The position numbers and the translations under genes were made by a program. This document shows, one piece after another, positions 1 to 15,813 of a DNA stretch of 64,000 bases (within the stretch, counting starts at the first letter, position 1; each line of letters starts with the position of its first letter). Under the pieces are notes generated by a model. It saw nothing but the letters and a program-made list of their open reading frames with translations, was not told the DNA's origin and searched no databases. The stretch lies in assembly GCF_009914755.1 (NCBI RefSeq), contig NC_060934.1, one strand, 5' to 3'. This DNA is from the human T2T-CHM13v2.0 reference genome, Homo sapiens.

Positions 1-832
1 AATACATTTTAATAATGTTTCTGAGTTAAAGTCACATCGTTTAACTTGTAAGGAATGGTTATTAGCATGACTTTTTAAAGATGTTTGCTTGAATTTCAGC
101 AAATATGTAAGCATATGTTGTCAGCATCTTGGTGTAGTATTTAGGGATACAGCCTATCCAACTGACAAAAGGACTTACAGATGTAATACTCATTTTCCTA
201 ATGAGGTTCAAGCCAAAATCTGTTGTTATGCACAGATGTGCAATGACATTTACCAAACATGTGCAGATATTTTTGAAGTAGGCACACTGTTAAAAATGGC
301 CCACCTGCAGGAAATTGTGTCATCATGAGAGGGTTGCCACAAACTCTATCTCAGTAGCTTGCCAGAGGCTGAAGCTTTTGACCGAATCTCAAAATGTGAG
401 GTGTTTGGAGCTTCACTGATGTGAGATGGACCCTCCTACATGTTGAAGAGCCTATTGCAAATGGATCTCATTAGTCAATGGCCACTCAGCCTCTGATTCC
501 TTTTCTAAAAAATCACAGATCATCTGTTTAATATTATTGATTCTAGAATGTTTCTGGGTTTTGACATCAATTGAATTATATGAGGCCTGTTTATGATGGA
601 ATTAAGGGCTACCCTAAAATGAAGAGTTAGGAGACATTTATGCCTAAGAGCACCAGACAGGAATATGTATGAGTTATTCATTCAGCAAACATTTATAGCC
701 TTTATTATGTGCCAGGAACAGAAAAGACAAAGATGAACAAGATGATACATTTCTTGCCTTCAAATAATTCTGTGCTTCTGTATGCCAGTTTTCTTGTCTT
801 TGCCACCTTATTAACACAATATCAGTCATTCT

Positions 833-1127
<295 letters not shown>

Positions 1128-2617
1128 TCAGTCATTCTTTAATTTTCCCTCTTAACTTTGCAGCCTGTCTAAATCTGGATGCAATTTACCAGAATGCTTC
1201 TTTTATTCCTCAGAGCTAGTGAGCCAGTTGCATGACTACTCTAAACTTTTGTTCTTTCTTTTTTGACTCTCTTAGAATTCATTGTCACTACCCAATATGT
1301 TAGTGCTAATTTGTTCTCTGTTTCCTATGTACTTATAAGATGGTAATACCATTAAAAGACATAAATGAATGGATTATATTTTAGGTGTCAGGTGCCATGC
1401 TGAGTATCCACCATGAGTTATTTCACTCATATCTGAGAATAGTTTCATGAGGCATGCATTATGATATCTGTTTCCTAAAAGAGAATAATGGAAGCTTAAA
1501 TTAATTGCCCAAAGCCACATACTCCTGTATGGTGAAGTCAAAATGCTTAAACAGGACAAACTCCAAATTATTGACTTTTAGTGTCCTTTATTTCTTTTGA
1601 ATCCCCTAGAGTCTTTAAATTTGTTCATAGAGCGTTGATCTTATGAGACACCATTTCCTTTATTAAAGTCAACACGTGGTATCACCTTTTTTCTAGACAT
1701 CTGATCTTTTGATGTAGAGTCTGTCTCTAAACCATCAGTGTTTTAGTATAATGCCTCATAGTTACTTCAAAATAACTATCATGAATATACTCAATCATAT
1801 AGCTGTATGCCTCACTCCTCTCTGCATTGATCCTTTTGCTTCTGTAAAATGTTATGGTTCAATTGCTCCTTTGAGATGATCCAATTCAATTTACCATCCA
1901 ATTCAGTAATCCTGTCTCTGTTATTTTATTAGTTGGTCTACTTGAACACTTCCTATAATGGAAAACTTCTTAGCACAAGATTCAACCATTGCTATACTCA
2001 TTTTGTCTCTAAATTGAATCTTAATAGGCAACCCTATAAGTTCTAATTACTAGTCTTAATTCTGTACTTTACAAGTTAGAAGGAAATCACTCTTAATCCA
2101 TCAGAAACACTATCTGGTCGATTCATTCAAATTTCATTTGAGATGGAATAGTTAAGGCTGTTAGCTTAAGATGGAAAAATAAAATAAAGAAAAATATGAG
2201 TGTATAAATAAAGAGGAAAAGTAAAGAAAGTTAGCCTGTAGCAACTAGGAGCTATTTGAGAGCAAGGTCTGTATCTTGTTTATCTTCATACCACCAGTTC
2301 CTGGTATAGTTCTTGGCACATAGTAAGGTCTCAAAAATGCCTATAAAATGTTTGCAATAAATCTCTTAACTCTTGACTTCAGGGTAGCCCTTAATTCTGT
2401 TATAAACAGCTCCTCTGAATTTACTTGAAGTCTAATAAACCCATCAAATACTTTAGGTCTTTTACTGACTTTTCCCTTTCTCTTATACAGGATGACTGTC
2501 CTCAATTTCTAATCTTTTTCACAGATTGTTTCCCCTTTTTAACCCAGTCATTTATTTAATCCGAAACATCTGCTGAACACTTTAGAACTATCATAGATCT
2601 CAGAGTAGAATATGGTA

Positions 2618-2685
2618 CCGATATAACTCAGGTATATGAATAACTATGAAGCCGATATAACTCAGGTATATGAATAACTATGAAG
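2618..2685. repeat. Perfect 34-bp tandem duplication
   Basis: CCGATATAACTCAGGTATATGAATAACTATGAAG at 2618-2651 and 2652-2685. Confidence 0.97.
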
Positions 2686-3924
2686 CAAGGTATAGTGGCA
2701 AAAGTCACTAAGGAGACACAATCAGAAGGTTGCAGACATTTAGAGGGGGAAAAATTCTAGTTGAAGTGAATGGGAAAGTCTTCATAGACAAAGTGGCTTT
2801 TGAACTGAGCCTTTAGGGACTACTAAGATTGCTGTAGGTAGAGGAAAATAACTGGAGTAAAGACCTGATGGCAGGAAAAGGATGGGTGGATTTGGAAACT
2901 ATGCATTCAGTCCATTGACTGAAATATGTTATGTTTAAGGGATTATGGGAGATGAAGCTAGGAAGATACTCTTAATTAGAGACGTGAATTAAATGTAAAG
3001 ATGAATAGATTTTGTTTTATTTATGGCAGTAGGAAGAAGCTATTGAATGTTTGGTGGGTATAATGATGGGATTAGCATAGTGCTTTGGAAAGATCAATCT
3101 AGTAGGACTGCTTGGAATAGCTTATCACTTTCTTAATTGTGTTTCTTTGTAAACAGCTCACAAGTGATTGTGTGATCTTTACTATTCTTGATAAGAGGGA
3201 ACTTGTAGCATTTTTATCTTCATAACTCTATTATTATCTGTGGGCTTCTTGACTCCTCCTTTCACTCTTGATCCCGTGTTTATAACCGATTTACACAGAA
3301 ATCTACTTATTTCTTAGAGAAAAAAAATTCCTTTTTTTCCCTGTTCTTTTGCCTAATATACCTGACCTTTGCCTCATGCCAGGGTTGTTTTAGATGACGT
3401 AAGTTTTATTTATTCTTTCCGCTTCTTCCCCACTTCGTCAGTCAATTCACAGCCTCCATTACCAGCTTTTCATAGTGCTGAGTTTCCATAGATTTTCAAG
3501 TACTTTAATTGTGGCTTAACAAATGTAAGAATATAGTGTATTGTTATTAACAAGGAGTGCAAGGAGAAAGACTGGGACACTTGGAGCATTCCTTGTTTCC
3601 ATAGCCTTATTCTGCATCTTCAAAACATGTTACTTATTAGCACCTATTTTTTGGTGCCTATGGGTGTCCGCCAAAATGGAAAAAGGCAAGAATTGATTTT
3701 TTATTGGCACATGTGATCCCTCACATCCATCTATCCCTGTTGCCCTCAATGCCTGCCATCACATGAACTCTGGATGGTTCACACAGCTTTGACTTTTAAA
3801 GATTACTTCTTCAACACTGTTGGGAGTTACTGTGCCTAAAAATTAGAGCTTGTAGAATGAATTAAAATGCTTATTCAGCTTTTTTACTGAAGACCACCTA
3901 AAGACAGAGGGTAGTTCTGAGCTT

Positions 3925-5800
<1,876 letters not shown>

Positions 5801-7231
5801 CAAACAAAAAACACATATTAGTAAAACAAGCTAGGCTTTGGAGTCAGATGGAAACTAACTCTTTTAATTATTATATATGTGACCTGGGCAGTAACTTAGC
5901 TTTTCTGAGACTTAATTTGAATATTTATAGAAAGGAGATAGGACTATTTCATAGGATTAACATATGTTAAGCAAACATAACAAAGTTTCATTATGCGTAG
6001 TAAATGTTCAATAAAGATACCCTAAATAATGATCATTATTATGAACATATTTGTACTAAAATCATTATCCACTTGGTCCTTCTAGTATCCTTAACATTTG
6101 AAAGTCAGTTTACATTTTAGAATCATTATGTTGGTGAATTGGTTTCCAACAATTATTGGAAGTCACCATTGGCCTTTACAGGTTACTTTCTACAAGGTAT
6201 GACGTCAAACAGAAGTTAGAGAAACAGCTATTTTATTTCTATCTCCTTCATTAATTACAGGGCAGCCCACTCCCTTCCAATGTATGAATATGGTGACAAC
6301 ATTGATGGTAATTTTTCTTACTATTAAGTATATAATAATGATTCTTATCTGCAGTGTCCAATTTTATGACCCATCCTCTATATGTCATTGAAAGGATAAC
6401 TTTTCCAGTTAAGAAAGGTTAAAATATATCCTCCAAACTAACTGTGAGGCAATTTGTGCAGTGGAGACATTGGCATGCTCCAGATGCATAGTAAACAGCA
6501 AATGGCCTTTCTAATTATGAAGCATTTGTCTCAGAACATTCCGGCAGTTAGAATTTAGCTTTAGGCTAACATATGCCTTAATAATGTTGGGAAGCAGTTA
6601 TGCGCTTGATGGAGCCCCTCAAGGTCTCTCCCAATCTTCTTATTCTGTCACACTAAGTATCTGAGTGATCACAGACGAGTCAAGCATCAGTAAAGTGGGG
6701 GTAGAATACAGCTTCTGGGATTCCTTGAGCATATATTAAAGTACCTTATGATGTGAGCTGATATTCTTTAATGGTAAACATGAAGTAGGAGAAAAAGCTA
6801 ATCATACTTTTCCATGTCTTTCTTCCTGTGCCAAGCCCTCAATTTCTGGTCTATTTAGAAAAAGTATGGATCAGCAAACATTTTAAATGAGACTTACCTA
6901 CTATCTGAGAATGTTCCCTGAAAAACATGGTCCAACTTGAGAAAAATAATTCACTCAGGAATTCTTTTAAGAAATTTCAACTAATGTTCTACTGCAGGGG
7001 AAACATGTTCAGACACAACTAAAATTGAAAACCAGTTCTCTCCTAATAGAGATTATGACGGTCTGTGGTGATTTGCCAAAGAATTATAAGAATATTTTAT
7101 TTAGTTGAAATGTTTGACACACAAAATTCAATTCAGAGTATATTTGATGAATTCTCACTTTGTTATATTCCAAGGAACAAAAGAAATGTGTAAAGAAATG
7201 ATTATCTGTTATGAGTGTTGTTATTCTAGAG

Positions 7232-7541
7232 CAGCACTAGCCAACAGAAATGTTATATAAGCAATATATATAATTTTACATTTTCTGGTGATAACATTAA
7301 AACGTAAAGAGAAGCAAGTATAATGAATTTTACTAGTAAACTTTTATTTTACCCAATATACCAAAAATATTATTATTTTAACATGTAATAAATGTAAAAT
7401 TATTCCTAAGTTATTTTACATACTTTTTTCATACCATCTTCTAAATCTTGTGTGTAACTTGTGCATCTAATTTCACATTAGCCTCATTCCAAGTTCTCAA
7501 TAGCCATGTATGGCAAATAGCTATTATATTGGACAGTGCAG
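7232..7541. mobile_element. MER33-like hAT-Charlie non-autonomous DNA transposon
   Basis: Ends CAGCACTAGCCAACAG...TATTGGACAGTGCAG; AT-rich body follows the recalled MER33 consensus. Confidence 0.8.
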
Positions 7542-7621
7542 ATTAAAACATATCAAGGGCTAAGCTTGATAAAAGTTTAGCACAGAAGGGTCTGGAAAGG
7601 GAAAAAATATTTAAAAGGTAC

Positions 7622-7960
7622 TGTGCTGGTTAATTTTGTGTCAGTTTGACTGGGCTAAGGGATACCCAGATAGCTGATAAAACATAATTTCTGGGTGTAT
7701 CTATCAGAGTGTTTCAGACAAGATCAGCATTTGAATCAGCAGACTGAGTAAAATGATCCACTCTCACCAGTGTGAGCAGGCATCATTCCTTCTGCTGAAG
7801 ACCTAGTCAGGACAAAAAAGTACAGGAAAGGCAAATTTGATTTCTCTTCTTGACCTCCATAACTGCATAGCCAACTTCTTTCATAAATACCCGCTTATGT
7901 GTCTATATAGCCTGTTGGTTCTGTTTCTCTGGAGAATCTTGACTAAGATTGACTAATACA
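7622..7960 (+). mobile_element. MLT2 (ERVL) solo LTR, internally deleted
   Basis: Starts TGTGCTGGTTAATTTTGTGTCAGTTTGACTGGGCTAAGGGATACCCAGATAGC and ends TTCTCTGGAGAATC...GACTAATACA. Confidence 0.85.
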
Positions 7961-8304
7961 ACTATCTTTGCTTGGAGTCTTGCAAGCATATGTGGGAGTT
8001 TTAGAAGACAAATAGGTGGAAAGTCATTCTAGGTTGAGGACCTATTATGAACAAAGGCATGGAGTAAAACAAGCTTTTATCTGGAGGGGTAGAGGCAGGC
8101 TTGAAGCTGGGGAAGACATGGGGAATGTCACCAGTGCCTGCTTATGGAATTTGAATTGTGCCTTAAAAACTCTAGGTATCTGAGTATTTTTTTTTTTTTA
8201 AATACTGATGTGAGACTTCTGAAAAGTAAAACAAAGCATGAAACACCATTTATTTAGTTATCTAGCCAAGTAAATACATCTGATCACTTTTGTTTATTGT
8301 AGTA

Positions 8305-8670
8305 AAATATATATTTTTTACTTATATATATAATGGTTAGGATGATAAATTTTGTTATATATATAAGAGAATATATAATAAAATATATATTATATATCTT
8401 TATTATATTATTTATAATACATATTATATTTTATTTTATAATGTAATATATTTATACTATATTTATAATATACAGATTATAATTTATTATATCATTATAC
8501 ATTATATATAAATATAGAATATATAGATAAATTTGTTGTATGTATTTAATATTAAATATAATATTTTATTATATTATTTTATGTTATATATAAATATCTA
8601 ATATATAAATATACAAATAAAATACATATGTAATAAACTTTTATTTTTTATATATATCTAAAATATATCA
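8305..8670. repeat. Extremely AT-rich (TA)n-like low-complexity tract bounded by inverted repeats
   Basis: Nearly pure A/T for about 360 bp; AATGGTTAGGATGATA (8332-8347) is the exact reverse complement of 8666-8681. Confidence 0.9.
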
Positions 8671-9462
8671 TCCTAACCATTCTGAAGTGTACAATCAATC
8701 AGTGCCTTTAAGGACATTCACATTGTGCAACCATCACTATTCATCTTCATAACTTTTTCATCATCCTAAACTGAAACACTGAACTTATTAAAGGGTAGCT
8801 CTTCATTTCCCCACTCCTTCCCAGCCCCCAGTAACTACTATTCTACTTTTTATCTCTGTGAATTTGACTATTCTAGGACCTCATATCAGTGGAATCAGAC
8901 AATATTTGTCTTTTTGTATGTGGCTTATTTCACTTAGCATAATGTTTTCCATGTTTATCTATGTTATAGCACATATGAGAATTTCATTCTTTTCACAAGC
9001 CTGAATACTATTTAATTGTATGTATACACCACATTTTGTTTACTCATTCATCCCTTGAAGGACTTCTGGGTTATTTTAACCTTCAGCTATTGTAAATAAT
9101 GCTGTTGTGAATATTAACACACAAATATCTGTTTGTGTTCCTGCTTTCAGTTATTTGGGGTGTATACTCAGAAGTAAAATTTCTGAATCATATACTGATC
9201 CCATGTTTAATTTTCTCAGGAACCACCATATCATTTTCCACAGTGGCTGCACCATCTTATATTCCTACCAGCAATGCACAAGGGTTCCAATTTATCCACA
9301 TCGTCACCAACACTTACTATTTTATATTTTTTAATAAAATAATAGCCATCCTAATTGGTGTAAAGTGCTATCTCATGGTGATTTTGATTGGCATTACCCT
9401 AAGGTTAGTGGTGTTGAACATCATTTTTATATCCTTATTGGTCATATACATTTATCTTCTTG
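8655..9462 (-). mobile_element. L1MB-type 3' end and ORF2 tail
   Basis: Typical L1MB 3' UTR (GTGTACAAT...CATTGTGCAACCATCAC...CTATTCTACTTT) continuing into ORF2 C-terminal sequence on the minus strand. Confidence 0.85.
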
Positions 9463-10810
9463 GCCAACTTTGATAAAAGGAAAAATTTTTCCCAAAACAT
9501 AAAATTTACTTGGCTGATACTTCATAATATTTGTGAAGCTTCATCTTGGCCTCCTAATATTCCCAAAGCTATCTGAGTGTTCAGGTGTTTGTCCTGGGAC
9601 TCAGCCTGGTACATTTATTTCTAGACTATAAATATCTGTAGGACCATGTGATTTCAGAATGTTTTTAAGATAATTATGCTTTTTTATTATAGCAAGGAAA
9701 ATTTTGAAAGCATTAGAAAATACTTTGAAGATAATAGTTTTATATTTATAATGTAGAAAGTAAAAGAGAATTACAAGCTAATTTTGCTCATTGCAAATCA
9801 CTTAGGTTAGTTTATAATGTGCACGGTTCTCACCCCTTAAAATGGGGTAATTTTGCTAATACAGTGCTGTCTGCACTTTTGAATAATATGAATGCAGCAT
9901 TCATTATTCCACTATTTTATTTTCACTCATATGTCTAGGCTAGAAAGTCGAATATTAGGGTCAAATTCCCTCTACCTGACTTTTCCTATCTGTTTAAGAT
10001 CCTTAATATCTTTCAAATTCATCTACCTCTCTAGCTTCTTTGCCATTACCAAGGTCCACCCACCTGAATAATTCCAAGAGCTGCTAACTAATCTCTGTCC
10101 CTGTCTTGGTCTCTTTCTCTGTCTCTATTTCTGACTCTGTCTCTATTTCTACATCGGTCTTTCTTCCCTGAGTCCTGTCCTCCTCCAGTGCACCATTAGG
10201 TACTACTAGCAAAATCTTTCTGAAGGGAATCATTTGCTTTAAACCCTTCCGTGCCCCCCTCTTCATTGGCCTCAGTATCAAGTTATAATTCCGCATCAAG
10301 GCACACAAGAACCTTTGCCATCTAACCATTGTTGCTTTCCTTATCACTTCTGTCTCACCTCTGACTACCCCCTAGCATCTCAGCATCCCTGGACCACTTG
10401 AAGTTTCCTCCAAGGGACACATTTTCTTCTTTGTATATGCAACGAGACTCCTCATTTTGGAAAACACTTGTGGTGGTAGTTGTGGTGGTGGTAGGATAAC
10501 CTCAAAAATATCTAGCAATCCCCGTGGCATACTTGATTCTGGAGCAAGGTCTGTGAGGACACTGTTGAGCTCAGTATTGACACTTTAGTTACTGAGCTGT
10601 GGGGATCCTAGGAGATACTGGGGGAAAGGCTGGGAAGGGCTGTCAGGGAACTCAGGGAAATGGCTGTTTACTAAATAGTATAAAAGTATTTTGATGTTTT
10701 AACAAGTGGCATGACCCTAGGGACACAGACCAGCTAAGTACTAGCCCTGCCATTGCCACTCCCACTACCTCTTTCTCTGACCTAATTTTTCCTCCAGGAC
10801 TTGCTTAGAG

Positions 10811-11277
10811 CAGGGGCTCTTAATCTTGTGTGTGGGTGTCATGGACCTATTTGTCAGTTTGGTGAAGCATATGGAATCCTCTAAGAGTAATCTTTTTAAA
10901 GACATGAAATAAAATACATAGGATAACAAAGAAAATCATTTATATTGAAATACTGTGATGACATTTAATGATGAATAGTGATATAATTTATTAAAACTAA
11001 GATCTAGAGTCAGCTCTAGTAACTGCCATAATTTTGAAGTAGTGATGAATGTAAATTATATTAAGATATCTGCAGCAAATATAGGAGGGTATAAAAATAG
11101 CCGCTGTTTCTATTGGTAACAAATCATACTGTGGTTTGTTGCTCAAATTTTTATAATCATAGGAAGAAATGCTAAATATCAGTTATAGTAAAAATAAGGG
11201 TGCTCTTTTTTCTCCCTCATGTTCAAGAATCTCTTGAGTTCCATTGACAGATGTTTTGGAGCTCCATAGATGCCAGA
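10811..11277. mobile_element. MER119-like hAT-Charlie element
   Basis: Starts CAGGGGCTCTTAATCTT...GTCATGGACCTATTTGTCAGTTTGGTGAAGCATATGG...AAATAAAATACATAGGAT; its far end is interrupted by the MLT1 LTR. Confidence 0.7.
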
Positions 11278-11970
11278 TTTCTTAGTCAGTTCGGACTATT
11301 GTAACAAATACAGATGCTCCTGGACTTGCAATGGGGTTATATCCTAATAAACCCGCATGAGTTGAAAATATTGTGTAACTCGAAAATGCATTTAAACACT
11401 CAACCTACCAAACATCATAGCTTTGGCTAGCCTACCTTAAACATGCACAGAACACTTACATCAGCCTACAGTTGGGAAAAATCATGTAGCACAAAGCCTA
11501 TTTTATAATAAAGTGTTGAATATCTCATGTGATATATTGAATACTTTACTGCAGTACAGTTTCTAGTGAATACATATCACTTTCACACCATTGCAAAGTT
11601 GAAATTTTTTAAGTGGGACCACTGTAAATCAAGAACCATCTGTACCATAGACTGGATGGCTTAAAAGACAAACATTTATTTCTCATAGTTCTGGAGGCTA
11701 GAAGCCCAAGATAAGGGTACCAGAGAGGCTGGCTTCTTGCTGATGCCCCTATTCCTTGTTAGGTCCTCATATGGCCTTTTCTTGGTGCTTGCATGCAGAG
11801 AGGGAGATCCTCTTTTTCTAAGGACACTAATCCCATCATGTGTGCTTTACCCCCATGATGTTATCTAAATCTGGTCTCATCCCAAGGCAACCACCCTCTG
11901 ATAGCATCACATTGGGGATAGGGCTTCAACGTTTGAATTTTGGGAGGACACAAACATTCAGTCCCTAACC
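11278..11970 (-). mobile_element. MLT1A-type MaLR solo LTR, split by MER47A
   Basis: TCTTAGTCAGTTCGGACTATTGTAACAAATA|CCATAGACTGGATGGCTTAA...TTTTGGGAGGACACAAACATTCAGTCC. Confidence 0.85.
11311..11642. mobile_element. MER47A-like Tigger MITE
   Basis: CAGATGCTCC...AACCATCTG termini with TA duplication at 11309-11310 and 11643-11644. Confidence 0.9.
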
Positions 11971-12143
11971 CTGGGTGTAGCATCCTAGCTTAGATGATTC
12001 TTTTCTGCAAAGCCTTCTTTAATCATCTCTTCTCAGCTCCTCCCCATGGAAAGTATGTGTTGCCTTTTTTGTGTATTCACAGCCCCAGAAGCTTACCCCA
12101 TGGTAGCATTTATCCCTTCATTTGTTTTTCTCTTGTACTAGAC

Positions 12144-12467
12144 CAGGAATCAGCAAGTATTTTCTGTAAAGGGCTGGATAGGAAATATTTTAGGCTTTGC
12201 AGTACATATGGTCTCTGTTGCAATTACTCAGTTCAGCCAGAGACAATATGTAAATGAATGGGCATGGCCGTGTTCCAGTAAGACTTTTATGGACACAAAT
12301 TTATTTATGGACACAGAAAATTGTTTCATACAATTCTCATGTGTCACGAAATATGCTTTTTAAATTTTTCAACGATTTAAAAATACAAAACCCATTCTTA
12401 GCCAGTAGACTGTACAAAAACAGACCATGGGCCAGATTTGGCATGGATAATAGTTTGTCTACCTCTG
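12144..12467. mobile_element. MER58B-like hAT-Charlie MITE
   Basis: CAGGAATCAGCAAG...TTTGTCTACCTCTG; 8-bp TSD TACTAGAC/TACTAGAT. Confidence 0.88.
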
Positions 12468-12585
12468 TACTAGATCACAAGTTTCTTGAGGGCAGGGACT
12501 GTGAATTTGTTTTCTATCCCGTAGATCTAGCACCAGTGTTTGCCATATTGGTATAAAATAAATATGAGCTGAATAAATATTTGAG
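12468..12585 (+). mobile_element. L2 3' end (host L2 of the nested cluster; more L2 at about 10170-10440 and 11980-12140)
   Basis: TAGATCACAAGTTTCTTGAGGGCAGGGACTGTG...CTAGCAC...AATAAATATGAGCTGAATAAAT resembles the L2 terminus. Confidence 0.7.
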
Positions 12586-15544
12586 TCTATAAGTGCATTA
12601 TACTTACATATGCTTCCCAATATTCTTCCAGAATTTGAGTTGAACAACAGATGAATTCCTCAGTAGAAGAACTTAAGCCAAATCCAGATTTGTGGTCTCT
12701 TAGTCTAGCACAATTTTATGGCTCCTTCCTCTGTAATCTTGGTGTCCCCTAAATGAAGGCCAACTGTTTCATGCATTGAAGTTGTTCTCAATGTACTTGT
12801 GTGTTTAGAGGTCTCAGAGTAATGGGAGTTTATTTTCCACTGAGTGGGATGTATGTGACCTTAACCTGAGAAAATGATATACGTTTCAGCAAAGAATTTT
12901 AGATACATACTTGAACAAAAAGGAAAATCACTTCCCAGCACTGTCTCAGCTTTATACCCTTTAGACTTAAATGTTCAACAGTAATCATCATGAAAATCAC
13001 AGGAATTTTATTTGTGAAATGCTTATTCCCTATGGAGATTAACACATCACTTAAGATCAAAGGTGAATGAAGAGATATATTTTTGAATGGTCTCTGTAAG
13101 TTAAGGAAGCAATAGATTTACACTCCAGCAGGCTAGTTAAAAAGCAAGATGTTAATCACAACTCTAATATAACCATATTTTTGATAATAAGTCAAGGTGA
13201 TTATTAGTCATGCTTGTCCATCTGTAAAAAGCTGACTTGACTAATATGTATGTTGGCCAAAGCTAAATATAAAAATGGTTTTGGTATCATGCCCAAGGTC
13301 ATGGACAAATTTGCAATCTCATCAAGCTATGTTTATTATCATGCAAAATATCTGAACTACAGTTTTACCTAGAGACATTTTAATAGCCCATGTAAACAGG
13401 AACCAAAAAGTAAAATGAAATTATTGAATTCTGTCAATTTATTTTTTAAAGTCATTTTTCAACACATAGATAATGAAATCTGATACATTCAGTTTAGATA
13501 TTTTGATGGGCATCAGATGCTACACAGGCTTAAATTATTTTGTGGGTTTTTGCAGGTGAACTTCATGTACATAAAGTTCATTAACAAATTTGCCTAATGC
13601 CTACCAAATGAAATGCTAATTTCTAGTGGAGGAGCAGAGATTATAAGAGATGAGACAGGGACTTTTCTCTGAAGGCATATACAAATTTATATAAGGAAAC
13701 ATGATACAGACCTAGGAGAGAGATAACAATATTAACACATGCTAAGCACCAAGGAGAGAAACAGATAGAAAAAAGCAGCAATTCATAGGACAGGAAGGGA
13801 CCAGGGTCAATGCCTGGGCTTGAGGTGCGAACTCAGACTTAAAATGCTGCAGATAGCTTGGCCACAATAAATACGTGTGCATGTGCATGCACTACCCCCA
13901 AACCGTGCAGCAACACTACGGAAAGCTCAGCCATTTCAGTCTCTTTTCCTGGTAGACTCCTGAGCTCATTTCCAACTGTGCTCTTGTTTATGTACTTTCC
14001 CCACCCAGTTACTCTTTGCCCACCTCTTTTGTAGCTCAACTCCCACCACTTTTTAAGGTCCCACTTCCTGTTCCAACTCTTAGGAATCCTCTCCTGATTT
14101 CCCAAGTTCTTTGTGGCTATATCATCCAGTCTTACTGTTTGTCTCAAGTAAAAGGGTATTGTAGAAAAGAGTCTGGAGGCAGCAGATGTATTAGAATCTG
14201 GCTGAAGGATACCTGCACTACCTTTGTTTTTGATGAAGTGTCATTTGTAAAAAAACATTTAGAATGGAGCCAGGCACACACAAGTTCCGGCTGCTTTGTT
14301 CTATTTCTACTTCAGTGAGCATGTTTTGTTTTTTCTTTAATATAGAGTTGGCCAAAGGAGGAGTCATATTCTAGTTTTGCAGCTTAAATGTTGCAAGAAA
14401 AAAATAGATACAATTCAAAGATGGGTTTACTCTGGAGTACAATATTCATTCCTCTTATCTTCCTTCTCCCCTGTTCGTTTGTGTGTAACTTCTAGCTCCT
14501 CCCCACAAGGCACACACATGTCCTAATTCCTCTGATAACTTTTCTTCTCCTCCTTCACTCCCAAATCATGATCCATCACATTCACTGGGCTTAGTCTTGA
14601 GAACTGTGAAGCAGAGAAAATTGCGCTCTTCTGTCTTTCTATGTTTGGCTCAATTAACTATATCCTGGCCCTATTCAAAGCTCTTCCTCAGACTACATTC
14701 CCCATGACTATGATATTTGAATTGTTTTTTTTTAGTTCATTTGCTAGCTTAAAATATTTTATGTCATGAAAATTTGAAAACATATATAAAAGTAAAGAGA
14801 ATAAGAAATCTCTCATATGCCATCACACCAATGTAATAACCAAGATTTTTAATGTGCTCATTTTAAAAGTGTTACAAACTATAACATTTGTCTTTTAAAC
14901 TTCTCTTAGTCATGTGCTTAATAGATCAAATGGTGAAGTTGTGGGGTATTCAGCTTCAACATTTAATTATGCATTGTCAAAGATAGTGGTGCATAAGAGA
15001 ATAAATTAAAATTCAACAAACATGTCTACTGAAACTACCACGTGGCAACTTTGGGCACAGATTTCAATTTGTAAAACGAGCTTTGTGTGGAAATCATTGT
15101 GTAACTATTATTTCTATTATATAAATTCTCCCCTAAGCCTGAAAATTGAAATTTTACTTCTACTTTTTATAATTAAAATATTGTCATATGAGTCATTAAC
15201 ACCATGCTGGGTAATTACTAGGGTTTATTATTACTTGTGAACCTCTTTTTTCTTCACGCTATTTTCTTCATATATAGCCTTGATTTACAAAATACTTTCT
15301 ATGTGGGCTTAGACAATCAACCCCCAAGGGTCATAGAGCAAGGGCAACAGGAATCTTCCTAGTAGATAATAATGCGAGTATGGAAAATTATGAACTACAT
15401 TTTGCCTGTAAACATATAGGACTTTTTTAATGAAATAGGATAGCATTGTGATATTAGCTTTAAATGTTTGTAAAAAGTCAATCATTTTCATGATTCTCAT
15501 GAATAGCTCATCTCCTTTGCAGGATGTTGTTCACAGTTGAAATT

Positions 15545-15697
<153 letters not shown>

Positions 15698-15813
15698 TAG
15701 GATGCTTTCTTTTCTCTTGTGAGAGTGTTTACTTTCCTTTTAGCCCTATTATCTGAAATGCAGCACCCTGAATTTCAGGGTGCTTTTTGCCTTTCTCTCA
15801 GTCATAATAGTCT

